DNA from: the human T2T-CHM13v2.0 reference genome, Homo sapiens
Strand: one strand, 5' to 3'
Length of the DNA: 64,000 nucleotides
Assembly: GCF_009914755.1 (NCBI RefSeq)
Contig: NC_060932.1
Positions within the stretch are counted from its first letter, which is position 1; the number at the start of each line of letters is the position of its first letter. Under the pieces are notes generated by a model. It worked only from the letters and a program-made list of their open reading frames with translations. It was not told where the DNA came from and made no database searches. A program made the translations under genes and the position numbers. Below, one piece after another: positions 12,461-26,054 of this stretch.

Positions 12461-15400
12461 ATCGTTATGGGACCCAAGTACATAATTTCAATTTCATGAC
12501 TGTCCGCTTGGAAAGCTATTAAAGGAACTGTTTTCTTATCTGATACATCTAAGTTATCAGTAGGGTCTTAGAATTGGGGTTCCTTCAGAGACTATTGCCA
12601 ATATTTTCTGAGATTACCTCTGTTTATTGTGATTAAAAAAACACATATCCATGTTTATACTCACGATGAAGGAATGTGAAGTAACAAACATACGGTTTAC
12701 TAAAAATATATAGAACTTTATTTCTTTGGAAGAAAAATGACTGGGAGAGATGCTCCCAGACCTCTTCACTGATAATTATTTTGAACAGTACATAATGCCT
12801 CGGGAAATAGTTACTGTAAGAGAGATAGCATAGCAGCTAAACTAATCTGGTGATCCAACTATCTTTTCCAAATGTTCCCTATTGTATCTGTTCATGAATA
12901 CAAAAACCTCACATATCTCCATTTTCTTATATTAGCAAAAGTTCTGGAAAATATTACAAATTATTCATGGAAGAAATAACTGAAGAATGACATTTTCAAA
13001 GACTAGTTATAGACACCTGCAAATCTCTAATTTTCCTGAGGTTAAGCCTTGCTTTCCTTTTCTGTCTCAATTTAAACTTGAAAAAATATTTACAGGTAAT
13101 ATTGAATTCTTGGTCTCACATCTTTTAACAAAGAGAATATGTCTTGTCTCTTTCAGAGTATTTTTGCAATAATGAGTTTTTCATTTTCACCCCTTAATGC
13201 CATACACTCTGTATTTTTAGTATACTTCAAGCAGACATTGTCAATATGTGCATTAAAGGAACATAAAGAAAAATCTCCCTTTGGCCAGCCAATCTGTGGA
13301 GTCTGTGGGGATGCACGATGTTGTTAATTCCTCTGAGCTCCATCTGTGGAAATGATGAAGGCTAGCCATTATGTAGGATTGTGAGGTTAAATTAATTAGG
13401 TTCTTCCATTATAATGCAGTCTTCTGGAGATGGTTGCCATTTTCCCTTTAAATGTCATTATTTCTAGATCTAGTTAGCAGCTGATGCAATTAAAGAGGAG
13501 ATAATGTAAATTTAGCAATACAAATAACACTTTCTTTCATGTTTGTTGAAAAATGCATGACAAGAAGGACCAGCCAAGTTATACCTGCCTGCCATAAACA
13601 ACTGATGTAACTCGTACTTTAAAAGAATAAACTAAAACCAGCCAGTGTGCACTTGGATTCTTTTCTTCAGTAAATTCTTGAATCAATACTTTTGTTTCAT
13701 GTTTTCATGTTCTCAGTAATGTTAACATATCCAGTTACAAACTCTTGCCAGTAAGAAAGAAAATATGCCCTGCTGTGCACCCTTCTAAACACTTTTAAAG
13801 AATCATGCTTTCTTTTCATTTGGAATTATAATTTTGATTGTCTGTGGTATCTTTGCAATCTCCAATGGATAATGAGTGGACACACTTCATTTCCTAAACT
13901 AATCACCTGAGGCAAAAATCAAGGTCACATTAGCAGACCCAATGACGTCTCTGATCTTGTACAACAAGGGCATATATAAGCACAAAAATAGCATTAATTA
14001 TGATATTTATTCTGCCACTGCAGAAACATCAGAAAGACTGGTAGGCTAATGAATCTATACAGCAAGTATTAAAAACAGATGTATTCCTGTTGCATTAGAG
14101 AGTAAGAATGTATTAGTAATAGGTGATAAACTGTACATTCTAATAAAAATAGTGCATAATTTTTTTAAAATTTTGAGCCTTTCAAGAAATATTTTATTAG
14201 TCATAGTTAATAAAAAAACCTTGATACTCAATATCCAGTATTTCTAGCACTGATATTTAAATGGATCACAGATATCAAGATAAGCCCTCTTGTTCGTAAA
14301 TAACAGTGGTGTTTTGTTTGCTCCAAGTATATTCAACTTTTCTCTTTTGTTTCCTACAAAATGACTATACATTTTTAATCATCTGTAAGGCACACTAAAA
14401 GATACAGTTTAGCTTATGAAAATCACAGCTCATTTAAATGTAGAAGATCCAGGTATACTGTTGGCCTTCTAATGCATTTGTGGGTTTTCCTTGACAGTTG
14501 GATGGCCCTTGAAGTCTGGGTTATGCACTACTTCCTCAAAGAGATGTACTTAGCAATGTGTCATAGCCAGCACTCCCTCCTCCACCCCGGGTTCCACGTG
14601 TTTGGATGCCAGATTACACTGGTGCTTTTACCATGGGTTGTGAAGTCCTGGTGAATTCCAGGTGAAGACTGCTGGCAGTCAGGGATTCTTAGGTGCTTGG
14701 AGAACCAGGGTACCTTGGTAACAGGCACACGTACCGGCAGACAGTGACTACCCCCAAAGCTGTCTTCAATTCAAGATCTTATACCCTTTTCCTAAATGCA
14801 CATGAAAGCCATTAGGTCTGGGAATCTAAAACTAGCAATGTAGTTTGAACCCGGAACATCTCTGATTTATGGAAATTTATAGTTTAGCAAATGGTAATTG
14901 GGTTGAAGATACGGAACAGAACAATTAAGTCTAAAGATCCAACCAACTAAAATAAACATTGTATTATCAGCTAGCCCAAAGTATGTCATCAGCAATCAGA
15001 AGTCACATCCTCATCCTCATTCCTTTTCCACCTCTTCTCTCTCTTATGCTATGTTCCCAAATCAACAGTGTCCTTTACTTTCAAAAAGGAGGTTCTAGAT
15101 TTTGGACCTTTAAAAACTTTATTCTTTTCAGACCTCCTGGAGTTATAAATCAGATTAGAAAAAAAGAAAAGGAGAGAGAAAGAATATGAATGTGATGCTT
15201 ACAATTGAAAAGACTTTGCCCCTCCCTTACTTTCCTTTTTTCCTTTTTTCTTTTAGTTCAGAGAGGGGAAACCGTAAAATTCTCTGCAGCACACGCTATA
15301 AATTGCCTTTTGCTGAAAGTTTTAATACTTAATTTAAACTCAAAGGACATTTTCTTGACTACTTTAGCTTTTGCTGTTCATCTGGGAGAAAATCCAGGTG

Positions 15401-17370
15401 GGAAATTTAATGTAATTCAGTAAAATTTTCCAGTGTAGGCTTGTTGAAGGCAAACATCTTGAATGGAGAAGGTACTTTTAGATGCAAATCAAAATCTGTT
15501 TTTGTTGACATAAAAGGCAATTAGCATTCTTTCAAATATTCATTAGTTCAGAACTTTAAAAGGGGGATTCAGTGGATATTTAAGGAGGAAATGAAATGGA
15601 TGAATAATTAAGAGCAGGGTCCACAGATAATAAAGTTCATCAGGATAACTTCTGGATAATCTTATCTCTCCAGTAATATTTAAACTTGACTGGGAAAATC
15701 AACTCTTGGAGCTTTTATATTGCAAAACATAGTTAATAAAGAACAAATACAGGACTTCTGAAAAGACAAAAAAAAAAAAAAAAAGAGTAGATTCTGACAC
15801 TTCAAGGAATTAATCACTTTGAATTAACCTAAAAGGAAAATATGATGACTCATTCAAGGAAAATTCTTAATCTTTTTTTATTTGAAACCCACTAGGAAAT
15901 ACCATTAATAATTGCATTAACTACTTTCTGATTCTACTTAAATATGTTTGCAAAGAAATTCTGCCGAATGCACAAGAAATTCACCTTATTTTTAAAAACA
16001 AGAAAAAAAAAAAGATCTAGGGTAGCTAAACCTTTTTTTTTTTTTTTTCCACCAGAGATGTGATGAAACCAAGCCTCAGAACATTTTTTAATGTTGATAG
16101 AGCAGGCTTGAAAAAACTTGTCATATAAATCAAACTGTTCTGGGGGCAAACTCGTGTTGTTTTTAAACCACAGAGTGGGTCAATGGGTGTGGTTATGCAC
16201 ATGGTTGAATGGTGAATGTATAGATTAAAATATATTTTGCCACACTAGTTTCCAGAGGATTGTTTTGGCCTGGTGTTTCAAGCTATGAGCCAAAACTTTG
16301 GTCAGTATTTTGACAACAGAGCCAGGAAAAACAAAAAGGCTTAGCCTGTGAAAAAGAAATGAAGATGTAGTGAAGGAAAACAGTAGTCCCTCTGCCACTG
16401 CCTTACTCAATCCATATGTGGGCTTAAACACAGGAAATACCCACCATTCACCGCAATCAAGCCAGAGGCTTGTGCATCAGAAAGTGCCTTGTGGAACTAA
16501 TTGGACTCTATTAAGATTGTCATTGACATAGGAAAGCATTTTGAAATTTTAAATCAGAACATTCAATGTACATAGAAAAAGATAACAGTCACATTGTTGA
16601 CTCAGGACTACAAATATAGGCATAATACACACACAAACATGCAAGATTTGTATGCTTTATTCAGTGATGTACTGTATTAATTACCAGGAGCATGTTTGTC
16701 TTCTTTCACTTTATGTGTTTGCCTTGAATCTATAACCTTTCCAGAATGTTCTGGAGCCACCTCACAAGGCACCAGAGAAAATCCAAGCATTGCCAATTTA
16801 AAATGATAATCAACAAACTTGCCATAAGAGCAAAGTTTATAGGAAAAAAACCATAGTTTGAAATAATGGAACTCACAGAGAACTTTTTCACACATGATAT
16901 TGGACAAAAGTACATATAGTGTAAGTATTCATGGATACACACAAATCTAACTCTGGCAACAAATCTTTGGCAAAGAGTTGGATTTAACATTTCAATTACA
17001 CTTATCTTTAAAAATTACCTAAACATGGCTTATAGCTGGGAGCTTACCCTCCCTTTGTTCTGGCTGTGGTCCATTGTATTTTTATTATACTTCCAGGACG
17101 TTCATTGGGGTCATACATGCTTAGCTCTGACAACTCTCTCAATGTTAGGGTTGCCAATTACATTTGCTTCATAGATAAGGTTAATGTGTTGCTAATATTC
17201 TTAGGTCTAAAATCTGTATTTGGTTTGTTTTGTAAAAATATGAGTTCCCACTATTATGAGGAATATGCTGTATCTTATCTGCCTAAAAATTTTGGACGGT
17301 ACTATACTGTATAGTCATTTAAGTTTTCTTTTATATAAAAGCTGACAATAACCATAACCACAGTCTATAT

Positions 17371-17444
17371 TAGAAGATAACTAAGATGAATACAGACAAG
17401 ATGATCTTGGAAGATAACTAAGATGAATACAGACAAGATGATCT
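17371..17444. repeat. 37-bp tandem duplication
   Basis: t(a/g)gaagataactaagatgaatacagacaagatgatct occurs twice, with one mismatch. Confidence 0.95.
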
Positions 17445-17692
17445 CTCACCAAATTTCTCAGTCTAACTTTTGCTGCCATTTTTTAGTAGTAAGCTTCTTT
17501 ACTTTGTTAGCTTCAAAATGTCTTCTTTGTCATGGGTCACTTGCAGTGTAGTTCAGCATTTCTCCAATTTCAAAAACAAAATGATTGCAACTGGGGAGGG
17601 TATGGAATTTGTGTTCATGAAAGTTAGATTTACCATGAAGATATTGCCAAAGGGGAAAGCTGGACAAGCAACAAATCATTGGAAGGCTTTGA

Positions 17693-17723
<31 letters not shown>

Positions 17724-17728
17724 GTGTG
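17693..17728. repeat. (TG)n microsatellite, interrupted
   Basis: Seen directly. Confidence 0.95.
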
Positions 17729-17830
17729 TAAGTACCTTCATAATCCTAGTACCATGAAAATTTCAATCTGATCTTCTGATTGCTAGGTTCTTTATATGAA
17801 TTCTGAGAACTAAGATTTTTATATAAATAA

Positions 17831-17948
17831 ACTCATTTAATCCCCTACAACAACTCTCTGGAGGAGTTGAATTTATTATTCCCATTTTATAAGGAAACTG
17901 AGTCATAGAGAAATACCTAACCTGAAATCACACAGCTAGAAATCAGAG
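17831..17948 (-). mobile_element. MIR
   Basis: actcatttaatcc...cccattttataaggaaactgagtcatagag...tcacacagctag. Confidence 0.75.
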
Positions 17949-18030
17949 TATAAGTATTTTATTGGCAAGTAATAAAACACTGGGACCACTGGACTTCTAT
18001 GCTAATCCAGGAAGTATTTACACTTCCTAG

Positions 18031-18125
18031 TATACACACATATATATACATATATATATTTCCTAGATTATAATATATTAATATATAATTATAAATAACA
18101 ATATATTATATATATTATATATAAT
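18031..18125. repeat. (TA)n-rich low-complexity tract
   Basis: Seen directly. Confidence 0.85.
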
Positions 18126-18248
18126 AAAAACACTTCTTAAGGTGGTTTAAGTGTCTAAAAATCCCCACCCTCATGTTTTTATTTCCTAACATTGGAAGTA
18201 TTATGTGAACACATCCGGTAAAAAGTGGGCAAATAAGGATCAAAAATA

Positions 18249-18528
18249 GGCTGGATGCAGTGGTTCATGCCTTGAATTCCAGCACTTTGGGAGGCCGAGG
18301 CCAGAGGATTGCTTGAGCTGAGGAGTTCAAGGCCAGCCTGGGCAACATGGCAAAACCCCATCTCTACAAAAAATACAAAGATTAGCCAGGTGTGGTGGTG
18401 CACATTTGTAGTCCCAGCTACTCTGAAAGCTGGGGTAGGAGGACCTAGGAAGTCAAAGCTGCAGTGAGCTGTGATCCCACCACTGCATTCCAGCCTGGAA
18501 GATGGAGCAAGACCCTGTCTAAAAAAAA
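18249..18528 (+). mobile_element. AluJ-type SINE
   Basis: ggctggatgcagtggttcatgcc...gaggattgcttgag...gctgcagtgagctgtgat...agaccctgtct carries J-type diagnostics; small deletion in the right arm. Confidence 0.92.
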
Positions 18529-18924
18529 TGGAAAAGATAAAAAATAGCTGCTATGTAGATATTTTATTATATGGGCTTAGGATGGTGTCATTTACCCTCA
18601 CAATCACGTGGTCTTCCAAGCAGACACATCATGTGCACACAGATCATGCCAGCTGACAACCATGAAAGGGTCCGGCTGAGACAAGGAGAGGTAGGCCATT
18701 TCATAACTGTATGGGCATAGATACCCTAAAAATAGTTCTATTTTTAACCATATAGAAACATTATTTTCAGTAAGAAAAAGGAAGTACTAGATGATACAAA
18801 GGGAAGACTGAAGAACATCAAGTATGTACATTTTTAAAAATACAATAATTTTACTTTAATTCAGAGGATGGTTGGGATTAAGGTGACACAGGGTAAAGAG
18901 TTTTGCTTTGATGTCAAGTGAACT

Positions 18925-19250
18925 GTGATCTTGCACAGGGCTAGAGCCTCTGTTTCTCCATCTGCAAAAGGGAGGTAGTAAAATCTCATAGATTTCTGAA
19001 CATCACAGAGGTCAACCTCACCCTGAGAAGTAGTTTAACAGCGTGGTTTAAGGCAGGTGCTCTGGAACTAGACAGTTGGGTCTGAATCCTGGCTCTGTGA
19101 GACCAAGGTAAATCAATTAATCTTTTCAGTGTGCATTTCATAGTAGTTGTGAATACAACCTTATAACATTGTTGTGAAAATTAAATTAAATAACGTAGAG
19201 TAAGCACCCAGTAGAATTCTTAGCACAGAGTAAGTGCTCAGTAAGTGTCA
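18925..19250 (+). mobile_element. Two MIR fragments
   Basis: gcctctgtttctccatctgcaaaaggg; gtggtttaaggcagg...ctctggaactagac...gaatcctggctctg...gcacagagtaagtgctcagtaagtg. Confidence 0.7.
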
Positions 19251-20829
19251 ATACAATTCTGGACATTTTCAGAAAGAGTAAACCAAGAACAGTAAAGTTG
19301 GAATCCCCATATCTTTTCTAATCCTTTTTTAAAAATTGTCAAATAATAAATTTCTATTTTTCATGTAGCAGAAGACTTGGTTCTACATTTTTTGTTTTTT
19401 TTTTCTCCTTTGTGATTTTTATATTTCAACTTCAGTTTCTTAATCTATAAAATGGGTGTATATCCACCCCTAAGTCTGTACTGGTAAATTTTAAAGATAT
19501 CATTAGGAGATCTTTACATGGAATTAAATTTCTCAGAATAGCATCTGTGTAGTATGGCACATAAAAATTATTAATGAACTGACATTTAGTGATACATGAG
19601 ATATGAATTTGCTAGGCCAAATTCTTAACCCCAGAAACACAGGGAGTAATTTTGTTTTATTGGTTGCAATAGAATGATAATCTATCCAAACAGATTTAAT
19701 TCTAAAAAGTAATTTCAGAGCAAGTCTTTCTTTTAAAACAAATTATGCATATATATAAATTTCATGCACTAACTTACAAATGAGAAAAACAAGTGAAGTA
19801 AAACATATAATAATATTTTCAGACTTAAAGGAAAGACTGTCAATTGGGAATGTTGTGGGTGACAGTTACACTGTAAGTCACCAAGAAAAGATCAAGGCAC
19901 TTTGGACAGTACCTCTGTGTTCTTTATATCCTGACCTTTGTTATAGCAGACTTGGAGTGATCTTGACTAAAAATCACCCCTGAGGGTACAATGAAATTTG
20001 CTTGTTAGACTATTTTAGTGTTTTTTCTGGATATCATGCATAGCATGCTGCTGTCTCTCTGTGGTGGAACCAAAAGCTAATAGCTTTTACTGATTCTGCA
20101 GATAAATATCATATGTCACTACCCATTAAAAATCTGCTCTAAACCCCAAGTTCCCATTAATCAACATTGTTTTTGTTTTCAAATAATTAATTTAAAAAAC
20201 ACTCAGAAAAACTTATAGAGAATCCACAGTTGGTTATGGATAGAAAAATTTAACTTAAATATCATAAAGTAATTTTATAAATTCAGATTTGGCTCCTGCA
20301 TGTTTACTTTGTTTCTTTTGAAATATGGTGGTATATTCTGTTCTGTAGATCATTGATCCGTAAGTTACTTGACTACAAATTTTATTTTCTAAGCCAAGAT
20401 GCTTTTGAGAATATTGCCCAAAACAACAGGGATTGTCCTAGCAACAGAAGGAAGAAAAAACCCCTTATCTCTAGTCCCCCTATCTATAAGCCTAGGTTTT
20501 AATCAACCTAAGGATTCAATTCTGTAGATTATGAAATGATTTGGTGGTTTCATGAAAAAAGTCATAATTTTTATCAACTTATATCAATATTGATTACCAG
20601 AGCATATTATAAACCAATGTGTAAGGACATTTAAAACTTAATAATTTCCAAAATTAGCTAGTGAGTTGTTAGAAATCCATATTATTCCAGACTGTTTGCT
20701 GTTCTTTGGATCAGATTACATGACCATTTTTGCCTTTTCATTAAGTGGTCTTAGATTTGACAAGAGGACCACACAATTAAAAGAAAAACTTGTTAAAGAA
20801 AATAAATCTAGTTGTTGTTGCTGTTATTG

Positions 20830-20900
20830 TTATATCTCTAGCATTTAAAAGAGTTTGTTGCACTTACTAGGTATTTGGTGAATGTCTGTTGAATGAATGA
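20830..20900 (+). mobile_element. L2 3' end
   Basis: ctaggtatttggtgaatgtctgttgaatgaatga. Confidence 0.55.
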
Positions 20901-21599
20901 AAAAACTGAACCAAGATTCTGGTTAATTGTGGGCTCTTTGGATAACTCAGACCTAATCAACCCATTTAAAAAATTTCTTTATTCCAAATTTCTATGTAAA
21001 AATAAGACTACATTCTACCTCTTTTTGGAAGGTATACCTGCATACATACAACCATACTGTTTACTAAAAAATCAAGCCATACAGACACATTACTGAGAGA
21101 AATCACACAATTTATCCTTTTAGACACAGAAAGGTCACTTCCAAAAAAATGAGCAGCTTTGCTGTTTTAATTAAGGGAGTCATTTTTGTGACTAGCATAT
21201 TCCTTCAAAATCTTGAGAAATCATAAGTATGCAATAATGTCCAATGAGACAGCATTGGTGTCTCATTATATAGCATTAGTGTATTTTTTTCATATTTAGG
21301 TGCTATGTAATACTACAACATAAGTTCACTTTCCAGAAAGTAAATAACAATTTTTAGTTGTCTCATTTAAGAAGCATTGTGCCCAAACAATCTAAACACT
21401 TTATGACGTCTTATTATCCTGGGGTCTCAAGGTTGGATGGCAACTTGCAGGTTATCTGTTACAAACACTTGACCATCAATCTTCTTACTCTATTGTCATT
21501 CCCCAAATGCCATATATGTTCTTGTCCTTGACCCAGCTCTGAGATTTGGGGATAAAAGAAGCCACTTTCAGGAAGCCTGGGCAAGCTGTGGCTGCTTTC

Positions 21600-22580
21600 T
21601 AACACCTCTACCCCACTTAGGACCTAGGAGTGGTTTCTCACTCCACTGCTGCTCTGAGATAATGAGCTACCTCCTGCTTGAAGCCTATGCCACTCAGCTA
21701 GGCCATTCTAACCTCCCGGCCAGTGAAAGACATTGGCCTTTGGTTTACCATTCTTCTCTCTACCCCAAGCCCGCCATCATTTTGAGTTACTTCAGTGCCC
21801 CAGGTTCAACAGCCGGTATAAAGGCCTCTCAGTTCCTTCTCTCCTCCTGGCTTTACTCTCCAATGCACCTAAGTCATCCATGCCACAGCTCCACCTCAGA
21901 CATTGTTATCACCTGTAATCTCTCCATTTCCAATATCACAAATTTTAGCACCTACCTCTGACCCTACAACCCTCTCATTTTCAGCTTGTCTGAAATAGGG
22001 TTCAACTCTACCTCCATTTTACAGCTTTGTTTTTAACCTTACTTGGGACCTGTAGGTCACTGACCATTTCAGTTTACCCAAATGTATCAGCTTTCATTCT
22101 CTTTATTTCATTCTTATCCAAATTAGAGCTTTTAGGCCACCATTCCAGGAATAAAATTCATCTTTTCAATAATCCCAAATTCTTCTACCTCTTGTCTTTT
22201 AACTGTATTTACTTACAAAGCATGAAGTTTGGTGAGCCCAACTATTTACTTCTGTGTCACATGACATGGTAGCTTGGTTCTACCACATTCATGACCAGTT
22301 TCCAATGGAGCCTCAACAATGCTTCTTTGTTACTGTTGTTGTTGTTAAGCCACTCTTCCACTCTCCTTAAATCTCTCATCTTACATTCCTGGCCCTTCTC
22401 CAGCAGATTACTTCACCTCCTAAAATACAGGGAAAATAGAAGAGATTGGAGAGGAACCTCCTCAGGTTTTTGCATCAACACCTAATCTACAAAATACCAC
22501 TTTCTCCATACCCATTCTATATTTATTCTCTTTTATTTCAAAATAAAATCTGACTTTTCACCTGAAGCTCACTCTTCTGC
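21600..22580 (+). mobile_element. L2 LINE internal fragment
   Basis: C/T-rich decayed L2 ORF2-like sequence (acctcagacattgttatcacc, ctctgaccctacaaccctctcattttcagct, cttcacctcctaaaatacagggaaaatagaag). Confidence 0.6.
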
Positions 22581-22587
22581 CATTAAG

Positions 22588-24662
22588 GAGGCTATTACAA
22601 TTGTTTAAGTGGGAGATAATATTGACTTAGAATAGAGTGGTGATAACTGGTTACATTCAAGATTTATTTACAAGGTAGAGCCTACAGGACTTTGGGGCAG
22701 ATCAACCATGGATGTGATATAAAAGAAAAAAATCAAAATTGACTCCTACAGGTTCTGCTCTGACTATGCTATGTTAGATTTTATCAGACTATGCACTAAG
22801 AACTAGAGGAGCTGGATAAAATATTTAAAACATGGATATAAAGACATCTTAGAACTACCAAGACAGCCAGAACATAAAGTTCCAAGAGTCACTCTTCTTC
22901 TGTGAAAAGAATAAATGCAGTGAGTGAGCCCAAAATTCAGTGTTGCTGTTCACCTGGAGATATTTATAGATCTACAAGTGGTGACAGAGAGACTGGAAAA
23001 CTGCACAGAACTGTCAGTAGTCTCATGACACTGAGGAGAAAAAAATAGGAGTTCCGGGTCCACCAAGATGGAGGAACACTGATAAAACTCATACATTCTG
23101 CTGGGAGTTTTGAAGGGCTATACCTTATGAGTAAAAGTTATTTGGAAATAGAGCAGACTTTATAAAACCTGACAGACAAACCAGATGCGCTCAAACTCTA
23201 ATTTCTTTAAGATTTTCTTCTACTTCCTGCTAGATGCAAAAGTAAATTTTCTGAAGGAAAACAGCATTGTCCAGAGCCTCAAATATCTGATATCCAATAA
23301 TAAATAAACAAGCATATCAGCGAGTGTGACTAAATGACTGAAAACCAAGAAAATAATAGAAGACAAACAGATCCACTGAAGGTCTAGTTGTTGGAATATC
23401 AGATAAGAGCTTAAAAAGAACACACTATGACCAATGTGTTAAAAATAGAGGACAATATGATGAAGTTCTGCAGATAACTAGAATATTTTAAAAAGCATTA
23501 AATAGAAATTATAATGTTGAAAAATAATTAAAATTAAGAACTTAATAGTTGGGTTTAACAGCACATTAGATGTAGTTAAAAAGCAGATTAATGAACTGGA
23601 AGATAAGTTAAGAATTGAAGCACAAAGAGACAAAGTGTGGGAAATATATAAGAGACAAATGGAACTAGTGAAAAGCTTGAGGATATTGGTTTTTGAGTCC
23701 GAGAAGAAGAAAGAAAAGACAATGAAACAGAAGGAGTAAATCAAGATATGGAAGCCAAAAATTTTGCAGTTAACAACTAATAAAAGCTGTAAACTCATAG
23801 ATACTATAATGACACAGGGGGTTTTGATCTGAAAACCTGGATGAGTAATAGCATTATTTACTAAAGATGGGTAACAATGAGGAGATGTTCTAGTGGGGTA
23901 AGATTGGAGGAATCAAGAATTCAGTTTTGGATGTGTTAATTTTAAGATCCCGATTAGATACTCTAGGAAAAATGTTGCATAGATAATGTGATATACAACA
24001 AATGGATGAAAAAAATCAGAGCCCATAGGTTTTTATTTGTACCTACAGGCTGCTTTGTGGTAGTAGGTAAATTATTTCCCTTTGCTTTCTCTTGTTTTTT
24101 TTATGGGTAAAAACTTTATTAAATTGTAAGATTATTTGAATACAATACTCTTTGACATTAAACCAGCCAAAATATAATGCTTAGAGAATTGAAAAACAAA
24201 TGAAAGGTAAATGTCTCTATGATATTTAGATTAAGGATTTGATTCATAATATTCAATAATCATGATCTTTGTATATGTTATTTAAACCTGTATATGTTAT
24301 TTAAATCTTGGTGAGGTCACCAAGAAAGTAGGCACACAGAAGGGAAATTTTGCAAAGATTTAGCCCTGACCACATGGATACATAGGATCAAGTTCAAGGA
24401 AGAGATTCCAGTATAGGAGCCTGGGAAAGAACAACTAAATGATGTGGGGTAAAATCCGGGAGAGGGACATATCTCAGAAATTAAGTGAATAAAGAAAGAT
24501 TTGACCCTTAATACCAGATGTTGCTGAAAGGTCGAGATGAGAATTGGTAATTGACCATTAGAATTGCAAATCTGGGAGTCACTGGTGACCTTAAGAAGAG
24601 CTGTTTTAGTGTAGTGACAGGGATGGAATTGTGATTTAAATGGTGTTATGAGAGAATGGGAG
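22588..24662 (-). mobile_element. Antisense L2 in pieces (22588-22752, 23815-24000, 24370-24662)
   Basis: ggaggctattacaattg..., aatcaagaattcagttttggatgtgttaattttaagat, gagtcactggtgaccttaagaagagctgttttagtgtagtga. Confidence 0.65.
22755..23810 (+). mobile_element. Ancient L1M 5'/ORF1 fragment inserted in the L2
   Basis: gagctggataaaatatttaaaa motif; decayed ORF1-like A-rich sequence (gggtttaacagcacattagatgtagttaaaaagcagattaatgaactggaagataag). Confidence 0.6.
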
Positions 24663-24747
24663 ATTTATGTTTCTGGTAGTTATAGGCTAGTTCATTCAGT
24701 CTAACCCTCCCACTAAGACAGCTAAAAAATACGGATGAAATATTTTT

Positions 24748-25012
24748 AAAACCAAACACCACATGTTCTCATTCATAAGTGGGAGTTGAACAATGAGAAC
24801 AAATGGACACAGGGAGAGGAACATCACACACTGGGGCCTGTCAGGGGGTGGGGGGTCGGGGAGGGATAGCATTAGGAGAAATACCTAATGTAGGTGATGG
24901 GTTGATGGGTGCAGCAAACCACCATGGCACATATATACCTATGTAACAAAACTGCACCTTCTGCACATGTACCTCAGAACTTAAAGTATATATACGGTTA
25001 TATATATATATA
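24748..25012 (+). mobile_element. L1PA 3' fragment (L1PA7-like), tail decayed to (TA)n
   Basis: accaaacaccacatgttctc...gggagggatagcattaggagaaatacctaatgtag...gcagcaaaccaccatggcac...agaacttaaagtata. Confidence 0.9.
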
Positions 25013-25685
25013 ACCTTCTAAAAGCAATAAAGAGCTAAGGAGATACTGAGCAACTACATAAGGAGATGTAAATCCAGACAAAAGAGTCTGCAATATGAAG
25101 TTGTTTTTGCCCAGGGAGTGTTTATTGATATGAAAGATGTAGCCCAAGGGATAAGCAGTGTTAGTAGTCTCAAAGGAGAACTGGAAAGCAAACATTTTAG
25201 TCCAGGGTCTGCCAAGGAAGAGAGTCTTGGTGGACCACAGTGTGCTTTGGATTAATGCTCTGAAGTAATTCACACTAAAAAGAAAAAATGAAGCAAAAGT
25301 AAAAAATAGTTTCTGCATTGACTGCAGTCTTTGACTCATCTTGGTAGTCCAGAAAATCACAAACCTTGAAATTGAATTGAAATAATCCTGGTTTATTATT
25401 GTCCCTAAGTGTTTGGCAAAATAAATGAATAGATACATAAATAAAAATTTAAAAAATCCTCTCAGATGAATAGATGGATAAATATGATAAAGAAAGTAAA
25501 GTAAAATATTAAAGGTAGAAACTAGATGGTGATGAATATACAAGTTTCCATGGTAAAATTCTATAAATATGCCATATTTTTGAACATTTTAAAGGTAAAG
25601 TGTTGATAAAAGAAGGCAGTTGACTCTGAAGAAAAGTGGTATCTTCTTAGGTCACATATAATGTTCCCCCCATGGCATTCCCATG

Positions 25686-26054
25686 TGTTATGAACTGAAT
25701 GTTTGTGTATCCCCAAATTCATATATGGAAATCATAACTCCCAATCTGATGGCAGTAGGAAGTGTGGCCTTTGAAGGGTAATTAGGCCCTGAGGTGGAGC
25801 CCTCATGAATGAGATTAGTGCTCGTATAAAAAGACATAGAAGAGCTTGCTTTCTCTCATCTGTCTGCTGTCTACCTCACGAAAATACAAGAAGTCAACAG
25901 CCTGCAACCCAGAAGAGGACCCTCATCAGAGCCTGACCATGTTGACATCCTGATCTTGGACTTCCAGCCTCAAAGATTATGAAAAATAAATTTCTGTGGT
26001 TGATAAGCCACCCATTCATAGTACTTTGTTACAGCAGCGTGAACTGACCAGGCA
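25686..26054 (+). mobile_element. MaLR solo LTR (MLT1A-like)
   Basis: tgttatgaactgaatgtttgtg...ccctcatgaatgagattagtg...ttggacttccagcctc...aataaatttctg...; TG...CA termini. Confidence 0.85.

Noticed and set aside
1-12500. Naming the host gene
   Set aside because: No coding exon lies in the window and I do not recognise the putative 5' UTR sequences; any symbol would be a guess.
17371-17444. CRISPR-like 37-bp direct repeat
   Set aside because: Only two adjacent copies, no spacer, eukaryotic context and no cas genes.
24270-24306. 19-bp tandem duplication, plus similar small ones at ~5545-5615 and ~31860-31905
   Set aside because: Ordinary slippage products in AT-rich sequence.
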